Source: Promethearchaeota archaeon
GTDB lineage: Archaea; Asgardarchaeota; Lokiarchaeia; Sigyniarchaeales; SOKP01
Direction of reading: 5' to 3'
Assembly: GCA_016839765.1 (NCBI GenBank)
Contig: JAEOTP010000043.1
Location: 32,001 to 96,000 of the forward strand
DNA: 64,000 nucleotides
A program made the position numbers and the translations under genes. Each line of letters starts with the position of its first letter. Position 1 is the stretch's first letter. Positions 30,964-42,036 of the stretch are shown here, in pieces. Below the pieces are notes generated by a model. The model was not told the DNA's origin. It made no database searches and was given only the letters and a program-made list of their open reading frames with translations.

Positions 30964-32421
30964 ATGGCAAGACCAAGCCCATTAGAAGTTTATGCCCTTC
31001 TTGATAAATCAAACTGTAAGGATTGCGGATACGATACTTGTATGGCATTTGCTACAGATTTACTCGAAAGAAAGATTAGGGTAAAAGATTGTACTCATTT
31101 AATTCAAGATCCTAAACAAGCAAAAAATCTTAATAAATTGATAAAAGTAGTAACTCCTCCTCAAAAACCCGTAATAATTGGTACAGGAGAGAGACAATGT
31201 GAGATTGGAGGTGAAGAAGTGTTAATGCGTCATCAACTCACATATTATAATCCCACTGCCCTATTTTTAGAAATAGCTGATGAGGATCCTAATATAGAAG
31301 ACACAGCAAAATATTTAACAGATTTAAAGATTGAAAGAATTGGTGATGTTTTAACTCTTGATGGTATTGCATTAAGATGTGTATCCGGGGATTCAGAACA
31401 ATTTAAACTAGCTGCTAAAAAATTAACAGAAGCTTCAAACCTTCCAATTATGTTATGTTGCTTAGATCCGGATTTATTATTAGCAGCAGCTGGAGAAATT
31501 AAAGAAAAAAAACCTTTGTTATATGCTATTACAAAAGATTCTTGGGAAAAAATAGGAACTTTTGCAGTTCAAAATGGTTTGCCTGTAGTAGCAGTCTCAA
31601 ATAATTTGGATGAATTAATATCTATCAGCGCTACATTGAAAAAATTAGGGGTTAAGGAAATAGTTTTAGATCCTGGTACTTTTTACGGCCCAGGTAAATT
31701 AGCTTACACCTATGATAAAATAATGCAAATTAGAAAAGCAGCGATAGATAATGAAGATGTTAATGCGGGATGGCCAGTAATGGGAGTACCTGCTGCATAT
31801 TGGAGTCAAGTTAAAGTAGAAAGCGATAAAGACCTTTGGTTACATCAATATCAAGAAGTAATTATGGGTGCAATCATGGAATCAATCGATACATCTTTAA
31901 TCGTACTACATACAGGCCAGAAAAAAGAGGAAATCTGGGCTTTATTAGCTCTGATGACTTTAAGACAATCTGTTTTCAGCGATCCTCGTGTGTATCCTGC
32001 TGTAGATCCGGGATTATATAAAATTGGAGAACCTGATGATATGGCACCTATTTTTGTCACTAGTAACTATCGGATGACGAAAATTCCTGTCGAACAAGAT
32101 TTACAAGGCGCAAATCTCAATTGTTGGTTGCTAGTAGCTGATACAGAAGGTATAGGAATTGAGAGTGCTGTAGCAGGAGGTCAATTTAACGCTGGTGGTA
32201 TAGCAGAAGCTGTAAAGGAGTTTAAAGCCTTTGATAATGTAAAACATAGAATATTAGTTCTTCCTGGTATGGCTGCAAGGTTAAGTGGAGCTTTAGAGGA
32301 CGAAGCAGACGCTTTTGTCGTTGTGGGTCCAAGAGATTCGAGTGGTATACCAAAATTTATGGAAATTCAATGGAAACCCGAAGAATTCATGAAAGAATAC
32401 GAATCCTGGTCAAAAGAATAA
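30964..32421 (+). CDS. cdhE: Acetyl-CoA decarbonylase/synthase gamma subunit (corrinoid Fe-S protein large subunit)
   Basis: NCKDCGYDTCMAFA Fe-S domain, IGGEEVLMRH, VTSNY, VGPRDSS. Confidence 0.92.
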   Translation: MARPSPLEVYALLDKSNCKDCGYDTCMAFATDLLERKIRVKDCTHLIQDPKQAKNLNKLIKVVTPPQKPVIIGTGERQCEIGGEEVLMRHQLTYYNPTALFLEIADEDPNIEDTAKYLTDLKIERIGDVLTLDGIALRCVSGDSEQFKLAAKKLTEASNLPIMLCCLDPDLLLAAAGEIKEKKPLLYAITKDSWEKIGTFAVQNGLPVVAVSNNLDELISISATLKKLGVKEIVLDPGTFYGPGKLAYTYDKIMQIRKAAIDNEDVNAGWPVMGVPAAYWSQVKVESDKDLWLHQYQEVIMGAIMESIDTSLIVLHTGQKKEEIWALLALMTLRQSVFSDPRVYPAVDPGLYKIGEPDDMAPIFVTSNYRMTKIPVEQDLQGANLNCWLLVADTEGIGIESAVAGGQFNAGGIAEAVKEFKAFDNVKHRILVLPGMAARLSGALEDEADAFVVVGPRDSSGIPKFMEIQWKPEEFMKEYESWSKE

Positions 32422-32459
32422 AAATCTTTTTCCTTTTTTTATATTTTTAAAAATTATAT

Positions 32460-33125
32460 TTATTCTAAAAGTGAATAAATCTTTTTCAGAGTTATTTCTC
32501 CTATACTATTTAGAACTAGTCCCTTTCCCTCCTTTAGTTCCTTTAATTGATTAGCTGAATGATGTCCCGTCAATACACCAATAAAGGGACAATTGAGGTT
32601 ATTAGACAATAGCACATCCTTAGGGTGATCTCCAATAACAATAATGTTATATCCTGAGTATTTATCTTGTAAAATCGTTTTCAATTTTGGATCTAATTTT
32701 CCTAACTCCTTTCTTTCCTCAGTTTCTCCTAAAATATAGTTAAAAAATTTCTTAATCTTTAGTATTTCAAGAATTCTTTCTGCCAATTCCTGTTTTTTAG
32801 AGGTAATTATGCCCATAATAAAGTTATTTTTCTTAAGCTCCCTTAATTTCTTCTTTACACCTGGTAGAAGATGCGATTGATAAATTCCTTTAGAACCATA
32901 ATATTCTCTAAAAGCAGATGATAATAGTGAGGGATCTAAGTTTGTTACCTTAGCAAACATTTCATTCAATGGTATTCCAATCATAATTTCTATTTTGGAT
33001 CGTTCTATTTCTGAAAAATTAAATTTTCTTAAAGCATAATTAAAAGAATTGGTTATACCTTCCTTATTGTTAATGAGAGTATTGTCTAAATCAAAACTTA
33101 AAATAATTTTTTCTCTTTCAATCAT
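32460..33125 (-). CDS. HAD-family hydrolase (phosphoglycolate phosphatase-like)
   Basis: FDLDNTL, ITSK, IGDHPKD. Confidence 0.88.
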   Translation of the reverse strand: MIEREKIILSFDLDNTLINNKEGITNSFNYALRKFNFSEIERSKIEIMIGIPLNEMFAKVTNLDPSLLSSAFREYYGSKGIYQSHLLPGVKKKLRELKKNNFIMGIITSKKQELAERILEILKIKKFFNYILGETEERKELGKLDPKLKTILQDKYSGYNIIVIGDHPKDVLLSNNLNCPFIGVLTGHHSANQLKELKEGKGLVLNSIGEITLKKIYSLLE

Positions 33126-33231
33126 AAAGATCTAAAGATCTCAGGTAGTATTTTTAATATTTAATAAAAAGTAAAAATTTAAAAAAAAGATATTTTAATA
33201 ATTTCAATAAACCAACGTAATTACATTGTGT

Positions 33232-34461
33232 TTATGTCATATATATTGTTAATAGCGGGTCTCCAAATATTTTCATTCCATATACTTCTTCCCAATGATG
33301 AAGTGGGATAATTTCTGGTCCATAAAACCAATCTTTAAAGGCTTCTCCGAAAATTTTTCCATTTTTAAGAGAATCATAGAATGGTTGATAGAGACTCATT
33401 CCTCCTGATCTAGCACATCCTATTACATTTAGCGCTTGACCACTAAAAAGATAATGCGTGGCGATATTATTTTGTATCATCAGATTAGCTGAAAAGCAGG
33501 AATATAAATTAAAGAATAGAGGTTGCGGTGCAGCATTATAGATATCATTATATGTTAATATACCATCATCAGCACTAGGAGAACCCCCTTGGTAAACGTT
33601 AATACCAAATTGTTGTTCAGTACCATTACAGTGAGCCATTACATGTACTAGTTCATAATTCGTAAAATTTGGATGTGTAGTGTCTGATATATTTGAAAGG
33701 AAATTTGCTGCATTGGTAGCATCATTACTAAAATAATTATAGTCAGACTCACAGGTAAGATTAGTTAATGTATACGCTGTGAAATTACTAATCCATTCAT
33801 CTCTATAACTTGCCCATTCATCATCGATATAAAGTAATGCTTTATGAGAACGGTTTGTAAGACCAATCCTTAAATTATGATCTCGAGAAAAGAAATTACT
33901 TAATGAAGTAATAGGATTAAACCCAATCTTAGATATTGTATATGGACTAATACGAGCAACCCAGATTTCTGGAAGTGCATCTGCAGTGCCGTTATTATGT
34001 TCTACATTATTGTCTGCGGCTCCAACATCGTAAAAACTATTTCCATTTACATCAGTCCAATTACCATCTAAATCCATCAAATAATAATCGCATGAGAAAT
34101 TGCGATACATAGACCAGGCCGAGTCCCAATACCTTGCTTTTGCAAATGGAAGCTTTCCTATTAAAATCGCACCTGTTAACCCATTTGTATAAGCTGTAGT
34201 TATATTATTCTTAAGTTGGCTAACATCATTAATTGACCAATTAATTACATCTGCATTATATCCTTGAGCTATAATATCTTGTTTATATTGATTGATTTCT
34301 ACAGATAAACTAGAATAAATTGTGGAATTGACATAAATATTAACTTTTAATCGAGTTTGACTTGGTTCTTCTTTAAAATATGGTAAGATAAGTGCTAAAG
34401 ATATGGCAGTGCCAAATAAGATTATTGTGGTGAGTATAATGGCTTTAACATTTTTTCTCAT
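33232..34461 (-). CDS. Membrane-anchored peptidase C25 (gingipain-like) domain protein
   Basis: N-terminal TM, ILIGKLP, CDYYLMDLDG, PEIWVARI, putative His (MAHC) and Cys (YSCF) dyad, FGDPLL. Confidence 0.7.
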   Translation of the reverse strand: MRKNVKAIILTTIILFGTAISLALILPYFKEEPSQTRLKVNIYVNSTIYSSLSVEINQYKQDIIAQGYNADVINWSINDVSQLKNNITTAYTNGLTGAILIGKLPFAKARYWDSAWSMYRNFSCDYYLMDLDGNWTDVNGNSFYDVGAADNNVEHNNGTADALPEIWVARISPYTISKIGFNPITSLSNFFSRDHNLRIGLTNRSHKALLYIDDEWASYRDEWISNFTAYTLTNLTCESDYNYFSNDATNAANFLSNISDTTHPNFTNYELVHVMAHCNGTEQQFGINVYQGGSPSADDGILTYNDIYNAAPQPLFFNLYSCFSANLMIQNNIATHYLFSGQALNVIGCARSGGMSLYQPFYDSLKNGKIFGEAFKDWFYGPEIIPLHHWEEVYGMKIFGDPLLTIYMT

Positions 34462-34593
34462 ATTTTAAACCCTTAATTATTTTTAGATTAAAAAATCTTA
34501 ATCAAATCTAAAATTGATCTTTATAATTACATAAAGTTTGAAATATATATTTATATGGTTAAGTGATCTGTAGGTGTTAAATTTAGAATGTTG

Positions 34594-36201
34594 TTAGGTG
34601 GCAATTTTAAAACCTTTAAACAACCGTAACAAGTACATTATTTCTTCACTACCTTGAATGATTCTTTGTATTCCATATGGAAAGTCTTGGAATTCAACTT
34701 GTTTCCCTTGAGAAACCCATCCTATAATTAACTGTACCATTTCCTTATATTTTTTTACCGTATGCCCTTTGGATTCAATTTCTGAAATAATTTTTTGAGC
34801 TTTCTTTATTTTACCATTTAAAATTGAAGATATTGCTGCTAAAACGTAAGATTGTACGATATGAGAATACCTTATTTTTTTTAGATTGGCTGCCTTGTAA
34901 TAATATTTATAAAGATTATTAATCATTTCATTAAGTAAAAAATCTTTTGCTGTATCAAGTTGCTGGTAAAATTTAATGGATTCTAAAATGAGTGTAGCTG
35001 CTGTATAAAATTCTTTATTCTTTAATCCTTCTTTCGCAATTATATATAATCCCCTAACTATTTGGTTAAAAATGCCAAATCTATTAAATTCTAATCGTCC
35101 TTCGATAGCAATGTCATAAGCATAAAGATAACTCTCAGTTGAATCATTTACATTTTCTGTTTTCCAATAATCGTCACCAGCTTTAACATAATGCTTATAG
35201 GCCATTTCTAAATTATTTAGTTCTTTAAATGTTACCGCTGCATTGAAAAAATTTGTAGCTGCATCTTCATATTCTTCAATTTTTTCTAAGTAATTACCAG
35301 CTAATACAAAGCATGATGCTGATTCAATGAGATTATTATTAATTTCTTGATAACATAAAGCAGCTCCACGATAAAATCGTGCAATTTTTTGAAAATTTTC
35401 CTTACTTTTTTCTAAGTTTTCTGCAAGGTTTATATAGGCTCCAGCTTCCTTTTTTGAGTAATGAATAAATTGATCCTCATCTTCGATTGATTCATATAAT
35501 TTCTTCAAGACTTGACAAATTTGAGCTATTATAAGATTATCATTTTCTCCTTCAATACTTTCATATAATCCATTAAAATACTCAACTGCTTCTTGAAGAA
35601 TATTTTTAGATTTACCTATTTCATCCAATTCTTCATAGCAAAAAGAGATTTGTTGGTAAGAATATGATGATAAATCATAATACTGATATTCTTTTGATAT
35701 ATCTATAGCAGAATCATAATATTTTATAGCTCTCTTAAAGTCATTAATTTTAAGATATAATTCAGCAATATTCTGATAATTTTGAGCAAACTTTCTAGTT
35801 TCATCAAACTCCTTTAAAAGCTTACTTTCTTGTTTAAGAAAATCTATACTATTAATTATGTTCTTTCTTTCTAATTTAGAATCACGCAATTTTTCTGCAT
35901 ATATATCTGCTATTCTTAAATAAATTTCCGCAATTTCATGCAACCTTGCCTGTAATTTGTATGTAATTATTTGATTTTCCCATAGTTTAATTGAAAATTT
36001 ATACAGTTTATTTGAATGATTGTTATTAAAATCTTCCAATAATTCAGCTGCGGTGTATAAAAATTCACCGGCTTCAAAGTAATCTCCAGATCCAACTATT
36101 TCATTAGCATACTCAATAGAATCTTCAATTAATTCTTGAATTTTTCTATCTCTCTCTTTTTGGACTTTTAAAGACTTGATACTTGTTACAAGCTCACTCA
36201 A
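34594..36201 (-). CDS. TPR/alpha-SNAP-like helical repeat protein
   Basis: Repeats such as SASCFVLAGNYL, AATNFFNAAVTF, AYKHYVKAGDDY. Confidence 0.7.
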   Translation of the reverse strand: MSELVTSIKSLKVQKERDRKIQELIEDSIEYANEIVGSGDYFEAGEFLYTAAELLEDFNNNHSNKLYKFSIKLWENQIITYKLQARLHEIAEIYLRIADIYAEKLRDSKLERKNIINSIDFLKQESKLLKEFDETRKFAQNYQNIAELYLKINDFKRAIKYYDSAIDISKEYQYYDLSSYSYQQISFCYEELDEIGKSKNILQEAVEYFNGLYESIEGENDNLIIAQICQVLKKLYESIEDEDQFIHYSKKEAGAYINLAENLEKSKENFQKIARFYRGAALCYQEINNNLIESASCFVLAGNYLEKIEEYEDAATNFFNAAVTFKELNNLEMAYKHYVKAGDDYWKTENVNDSTESYLYAYDIAIEGRLEFNRFGIFNQIVRGLYIIAKEGLKNKEFYTAATLILESIKFYQQLDTAKDFLLNEMINNLYKYYYKAANLKKIRYSHIVQSYVLAAISSILNGKIKKAQKIISEIESKGHTVKKYKEMVQLIIGWVSQGKQVEFQDFPYGIQRIIQGSEEIMYLLRLFKGFKIAT

Positions 36202-36535
36202 CTTTTCTAAGTAATCTCCATAATCTATATAGCTATCTTCTCGGAGGATCTATAATCAACCCTTTAGTTTATGCCAAATTCTATGTATAAAAATTAATAT
36301 ACACATAAAAAATACATGGTTTTTTAGAAAAATTTTAAAAGACATATTTGAAATGTCAATTAGCTTATTAATCCTCATATTTCATTTAAGACTATTTTAC
36401 AATTTTGAGATAAAACACTTTTTAAATTATGGAAATAGCTTTAAATATTAAAATAGTCTTATTAATATTAATTAAAATCAAAGTATTGATATAAATAAAA
36501 AATCAAGGTGTGTTAAAATAAAGCAAGTATCAGAA

Positions 36536-36727
36536 TTGTTAGAGACAGGATTGTATGAAACATTTAAGCCTGAGAAGAGAATGGTAGTAAGAGACCTTCT
36601 TAAAGAGTTAAACCTGGAGGGAAAATTTTTTGGAATCCTAGTTAACGGAAAAAAGGCTACCGAAGACACAGTTATTAGGGAAACAGACGAAATTATCATC
36701 CTACCCCACATTGCCGGGGGAAGTTAA
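36536..36727 (+). CDS. MoaD/ThiS/SAMP-type ubiquitin-like beta-grasp protein
   Basis: ILVNGK..DEIIILPHIAGG(S). Confidence 0.85.
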   Translation: MLETGLYETFKPEKRMVVRDLLKELNLEGKFFGILVNGKKATEDTVIRETDEIIILPHIAGGS

Positions 36728-36808
36728 AATTTATTAATTTTTTTAGAGAATCTCTTTATTTTTAATCGAATTTAGGTTAATAAACCTTCAATTTAATTTT
36801 TAATAAAA

Positions 36809-37789
36809 TTATTTGAGATCGATTTTTAAAAGATCTTGTGCTAAAATTGTATTAGGAAAAATTTCTTGAGCGTCTTTTAACAATTTTTCAGCATCTTCTT
36901 GATATCTTGAGGAAATATGAGTTAATATTAGCCGTTTTGCGTTCATTCTCAAGGCCATATTTGCGGCATCAACCGAAGTTGAATGTTTCTTTTCTTTAGC
37001 AATGTGATCTAATTCCTTTGAAAAGGTAGCTTCATGTATCAATATGTCTGAACCCTCACCAATACCTATTAACGAATCACAAGGAACTGTATCTCCTGAA
37101 TAAGTCACTTTTCTACCTGGACGTTTAGGGCCAACAATTTTCTCCTTAAACGGGTCTATTTTTTTTCCTTTAAAATCTATAATTTCGCCTTCTTGTAATT
37201 TCTTCCAAAGGTGACTTGCTGGGATTCCTAGTTCTTGTGCTCTCTCAGGATTAAATTTACCACTACGAGGTTTTTCTATAAACGAATAAGCAAATGTTAA
37301 TACTGAATGTTCAACTAAAGTATATTTTAGTATGTATCTTTTACCTTCAAAAATAATATTATTTTCAATTTCAATTTCTTTAGAAGGCTTTTCTGAATCT
37401 AAACCTTTGAATTCAATTAATTTTTTTTGCAGATGATCAATTTCAATAATCTTAATTGGATAATCTGCTTTTAATCCAAGAATTTTTCTATGCAAATACA
37501 AATATAAGTAAAGATTTCTGGGACCATAAATGGTGAGCGGAGCAGTCCTTTCAATTAAACCAAAGCGGAATAGAAGACCCGGAAGTCCTATTATATGATC
37601 CCCATGAAAATGAGAAATTAAAATATTTAGTGGTTTGTTAAATTTTAAACCCGCTTGATTTAAACGCCGTTGAAGATCTTCACCACAATCAAAGAGGATT
37701 AATTCATTTTTATATTTAAGAGCAATTGAGGGCAAGTTCCTTTCTTTGATGGGGATTGCTGCAGAAGAACCTAAAATAATTATTTCCAT
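36809..37789 (-). CDS. rnz: Ribonuclease Z
   Basis: FDCGE, SHFHGDHIIG, exosite, YSGDT, HEATF, HSTS, THISSRY. Confidence 0.95.
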   Translation of the reverse strand: MEIIILGSSAAIPIKERNLPSIALKYKNELILFDCGEDLQRRLNQAGLKFNKPLNILISHFHGDHIIGLPGLLFRFGLIERTAPLTIYGPRNLYLYLYLHRKILGLKADYPIKIIEIDHLQKKLIEFKGLDSEKPSKEIEIENNIIFEGKRYILKYTLVEHSVLTFAYSFIEKPRSGKFNPERAQELGIPASHLWKKLQEGEIIDFKGKKIDPFKEKIVGPKRPGRKVTYSGDTVPCDSLIGIGEGSDILIHEATFSKELDHIAKEKKHSTSVDAANMALRMNAKRLILTHISSRYQEDAEKLLKDAQEIFPNTILAQDLLKIDLK

Positions 37790-37795
37790 ATTTCA

Positions 37796-39115
37796 TTATA
37801 TAGTTTTTCTTAGCCGATCAATTTCTAGCCTTTGCTCAATATTCTGTTTGGTCAAGTCTTCAATAATTGTTTTTAATTCTTCAATTCTTAATATAAGCTT
37901 AGGGTTTTCAACTTCTTGGGTCTGAATATGAGTTTGGGCTGCTATGCTTAATTTATTTATATCATTCATTAATTCTGAAACTTTTTTATCCTTTAAACTT
38001 ATTTGATTTTCAAGGTCTTCATAACTTCTTTTAATCCTAATTGCTTCATTTTTTATTGTCGTAATTTCCTCATCTTTGGTCTTTAGGGCATTTTTCGCTT
38101 CATCTAATTGCTTTTGTAAAAAACTAGCCATTTCTCTCTGAATTTTTAAATTACTATCAATATTACTTTGAGGAACTGCTTCACTAGGCACTTTTTGATT
38201 TCCAGATGCCTTTAATTGTTCTTGAAGTATTGAGATTTGGGATTTAGACTTATTTAACTTAGTTTTTAACTCTTCGACAACCTGTTTAAGTGTTGGAGAT
38301 TGAGATGGGTCGTCCACTAAGCTTCTTTGTTCTCTTAATTCCTGAATTTCTGTTTCTTTATTCTCTAATTTAATTTTAAATTCCGCAATTTTATTTTCAT
38401 AGTCTTTAATTTTATTTTTAAACTTACTTTTATCTTTATAAGATTCTAATTTTTGTTTTAACTCATTATTTTCCCTTTTAGTCTTATTTAGTTTATTTTG
38501 TAGTTCTTCCAAAAGATTTTTGGAAATATTAGTACTGGTTACTGCTGCACTATCGTTGACAACTATTTCTGAAACGGATTCGTTTTTTTCGAGTTTTCGA
38601 TTTGATTCTGTCAATTGCAATTTTAAAGATTCAATTTCTTCTTCTTTTTCTCGTAAAACTTCGCTGAAATCACTGCTTCCAATATTCTTAAGTTTTAATT
38701 TCCGTATTAAAGATTCTTGTTTATTTATTTTATCCTGAAGTTCTTTTACTAAAATATTGAGGGGTGCTTTTTCTCTAAGATCCTCAACTCGAATAACAGA
38801 AGTAGATTTTTCTAGCAATTTTATATTATCAAGTTTTTTTTGGGCTTCAAGTTTATCTTTTCTTAAGAAGCCCATTCTATCCTTTAGTTCTCTAATCTCC
38901 CTATTCTTAGCATCTAATTCACTTTGTAATTTTGATTCTTTTACTTTTTTACTTTTCTTTTTAGAGGGTTCTTCTGACATAAGTTCATGCAATTTCATTA
39001 TTTCTTCTTCAAGATTGTCAATTTTATCGACATATCCTATGATTTCATTATCTTTTTTGTCAAGATCCTTCTTTAGTTCGTCAAGTTTCTTAAGTAATTT
39101 TTCTTCTTCTGTCAT
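37796..39115 (-). CDS. Long coiled-coil protein
   Basis: K/E/L-rich heptad pattern throughout. Confidence 0.75.
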   Translation of the reverse strand: MTEEEKLLKKLDELKKDLDKKDNEIIGYVDKIDNLEEEIMKLHELMSEEPSKKKSKKVKESKLQSELDAKNREIRELKDRMGFLRKDKLEAQKKLDNIKLLEKSTSVIRVEDLREKAPLNILVKELQDKINKQESLIRKLKLKNIGSSDFSEVLREKEEEIESLKLQLTESNRKLEKNESVSEIVVNDSAAVTSTNISKNLLEELQNKLNKTKRENNELKQKLESYKDKSKFKNKIKDYENKIAEFKIKLENKETEIQELREQRSLVDDPSQSPTLKQVVEELKTKLNKSKSQISILQEQLKASGNQKVPSEAVPQSNIDSNLKIQREMASFLQKQLDEAKNALKTKDEEITTIKNEAIRIKRSYEDLENQISLKDKKVSELMNDINKLSIAAQTHIQTQEVENPKLILRIEELKTIIEDLTKQNIEQRLEIDRLRKTI

Positions 39116-39190
39116 AGTTAGTTCAAATTGTTTAATTAGAAATTAATCCTATATATATCATCTTGCAATATATATTTTAATCTTTTTTAT

Positions 39191-41104
39191 TCAATAGATT
39201 TCAAAATCTTTAATAGAAAAATTCTTTTTAATTTTCTTTATTACGGGAAACAGACCTAAGAAATTAAGTAAAAGAAATACACCCAATAATATACCCATTA
39301 TTATAAAAGGTATTGAGATATGTGGTAAATGAACTCTATCGAATAAAACGATGGAATTTAAGATCATTCCTATCCCTAAACTTAATATTATTGATGGTAT
39401 TAATACATACAGTGTTTCTAAGAATAGAATTCTCCTTAAGGAGCGGAATTTTGAGCCAATAGCCCTCATGATTAAGAAATCTTTTGCTTTTTCGATAACA
39501 CCTCCTTTATGATAGTTATATACTGAAAGAACAGAAATTACTGCCATAATTACGATTAAAAATGTAGGATAGAGAGAGATATTTGTAATATAAGCTAAAT
39601 TGGTATCAAATGTTAAGTCAAGATTGATGAATGTAAACTCAGACCCTAGAGTACTATTTAGAATTGTTTCTAAATTAGATTTTAACGTAATATAAGAACC
39701 AGATTCGTATTTTAGCAATAATAAATTAATGTTTTCATTACTCAAATGTAATTCGTTCCTAAATATTTCAATATCTATATATCCAGTATAACCACAATAA
39801 AAACTATCGATCACTACTCCGCATGGATGAAAAGAATGGTTTAAATCTTCTAATAACATGCTTTGATCAAGTGCATAATCAAAAAAATTATAAGCTAGCC
39901 CATCTCCAATAACCATATAAACATGGGAATCACTGTCATTAAAAAATCTACCTTCTATTTCAAAATCATGTATAAATTTTGTGGAATTTATGCCCACTAT
40001 AGGAAATTTTCCACTTCTTTGCTGGCCTACACTAATACAAGTCCCATCCTCATAACAATGAGTCCCATATAATTCTTCAGCGTCGCTAAAAAAAATTAGT
40101 CTTTCATCGATTAGATCAATTTCTGTTAAATTATATAACTCCTCAATGTCTGATGTATTAAATAAATATTCAGGTTTTAAAAAATCAATACTATTTGAAT
40201 CAACAATAATATTTGGGTTTGAGAACATATTATACATCAACGTGTAATTAGATATCACATCCTTATGGCCAATTGCAACAATATTATCACCTTGAGATTT
40301 ATTTACCCATTCTCTCGAGGACGATCCTAAAACTAGAATTCCTAATGCTAATGTGAAAATTATGAGTGTGATGGTTGAAAACACAAAAAGATATCGCTTA
40401 AATTCTCCCTTTCTTCTTAAAGTGTTAACAATAGATATTTTAAAGTTATATCCAATTTTAGATAACCATTTGGGAATAAAGGTTAACCCTTTTCTTGCAT
40501 CATAATCATAAGGAATCTCTTTAGAAAAACTTTTAATGATTTTTTGATTCCCAAATTTTCTTAACATGTAACCAGGAATGATAAAAATACCACCTAGACA
40601 TGAAATAAACAAGATAAGTGTATAGAAATAATCAAATTTAAAAAATACTGAAGCTCCAAGAGAGGACGAGATTAATGCAAAGATTCCAAAAGAGAGTAAT
40701 CCGATAATAAAACCGATTATGAATCCGATTAGAAAGATTAGATAAATTTCAGTCAAATAATATCCATATAACTTTCTAGGAATAGATCCTAAGGCTCTCA
40801 TTATAGCAATATCTCGCTTTTTAGATACAATTAAAGTACTACTAATAATAATTACAATGATAAATGCTAATCCTATCATTAAACTTACAATTAAAATGCT
40901 GTAATTAGTGTAAATAATACTAATACCACCAGAGAAGAAATATGGATTTTCGAATTCATAAATAATAAAGCTGTTTAATCCTGTAGAGGTTGTTAAATAA
41001 ATTAAAAAAGTTGTAGCTGCTATAACTAAAATAACCATAAATAAATATGGAAATGATATTTCTCTCTTCCTGTAGAAATCCTTTAGTGCAAAATCAAGGG
41101 ACAT
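39191..41104 (-). CDS. FtsX/MacB-like ABC permease
   Basis: KRDIAIMRALG and FLIMRAIG motifs, two TM bundles. Confidence 0.85.
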   Translation of the reverse strand: MSLDFALKDFYRKREISFPYLFMVILVIAATTFLIYLTTSTGLNSFIIYEFENPYFFSGGISIIYTNYSILIVSLMIGLAFIIVIIISSTLIVSKKRDIAIMRALGSIPRKLYGYYLTEIYLIFLIGFIIGFIIGLLSFGIFALISSSLGASVFFKFDYFYTLILFISCLGGIFIIPGYMLRKFGNQKIIKSFSKEIPYDYDARKGLTFIPKWLSKIGYNFKISIVNTLRRKGEFKRYLFVFSTITLIIFTLALGILVLGSSSREWVNKSQGDNIVAIGHKDVISNYTLMYNMFSNPNIIVDSNSIDFLKPEYLFNTSDIEELYNLTEIDLIDERLIFFSDAEELYGTHCYEDGTCISVGQQRSGKFPIVGINSTKFIHDFEIEGRFFNDSDSHVYMVIGDGLAYNFFDYALDQSMLLEDLNHSFHPCGVVIDSFYCGYTGYIDIEIFRNELHLSNENINLLLLKYESGSYITLKSNLETILNSTLGSEFTFINLDLTFDTNLAYITNISLYPTFLIVIMAVISVLSVYNYHKGGVIEKAKDFLIMRAIGSKFRSLRRILFLETLYVLIPSIILSLGIGMILNSIVLFDRVHLPHISIPFIIMGILLGVFLLLNFLGLFPVIKKIKKNFSIKDFEIY

Positions 41105-41128
41105 GATAAAATTCCTCTTAGTGATTGG

Positions 41129-41881
41129 TTATTTCTGATCTACTTTAATAATACTTCCTTCCTCAAATGTAATAACCTTATCAGCAAGTTCAATTAAATA
41201 ATCATCATGAGTCGCAATAATTATTGTTTTTCCCTTATTTTTCATATCCTTAAAGAGATCCCTAATAAACAAGCTAGTCTTTTGATCTAAATTTGCTGTT
41301 GGCTCGTCTGCTAGTATTATAGGAGGATTATTAGCTAATGCGCGTGCTATTGCTACCCTTTGCTGTTCACCCGCAGAAAGCTGAAAAGGAAGATGTTCTC
41401 TTCTTTCTCCTAGACCAATTCTTTTTAATAGTTCAACAGATCGTTCTCTTTGTTCTTTTAGAGTCATCCCTGCTAAATTCATAGGGAATATTACATTTTC
41501 CTCGGCAGTCAAGGTGCTAATAAGATTATAATTCTGAAAGATAAAACCGGAATTTATTAATCTAAAAGTAGCTAAAGTTTCCTCCTCCATATCAGTAATA
41601 TTTACCCCACTATTATAAATAGTTCCTGAATTTGGAGAATCTAAACCTCCAATTAAATTTAACAGCGTAGTTTTCCCAGCACCAGAGTGTCCTTTAATAA
41701 CAATAAATTCGCTCTCTTCTACATTTAAAGACACATCATTCACGGCTCTAACTACAAAATCACCAATTTCATAGTCTTTAATTAGGTTTTTGGCGATAAT
41801 TATGGTATTTCCTTTTTCTAATTCTGGTTTAAAATTAGGCTCTTCCATTCTGTGCTCGTTGACTATTATATCTTTTTCCAT
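41129..41881 (-). CDS. ABC ATP-binding protein (LolD/MacB-like)
   Basis: GHSGAGKTT, LSAGEQQRVAIARAL, ADEPTANLD. Confidence 0.93.
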   Translation of the reverse strand: MEKDIIVNEHRMEEPNFKPELEKGNTIIIAKNLIKDYEIGDFVVRAVNDVSLNVEESEFIVIKGHSGAGKTTLLNLIGGLDSPNSGTIYNSGVNITDMEEETLATFRLINSGFIFQNYNLISTLTAEENVIFPMNLAGMTLKEQRERSVELLKRIGLGERREHLPFQLSAGEQQRVAIARALANNPPIILADEPTANLDQKTSLFIRDLFKDMKNKGKTIIIATHDDYLIELADKVITFEEGSIIKVDQK

Positions 41882-42036
41882 ATCTATTATATAATTTAAT
41901 ATTTTAAAGCTATTTTTCTAATAATTCATAGCTACTTAAAAATATTAATTGAAGGTTTTTGAATACATTTCAATATTATTATGTTTTTGGATATAATAAA
42001 TAAGATTTATATATCATCTTTTCATATTTCATCATT

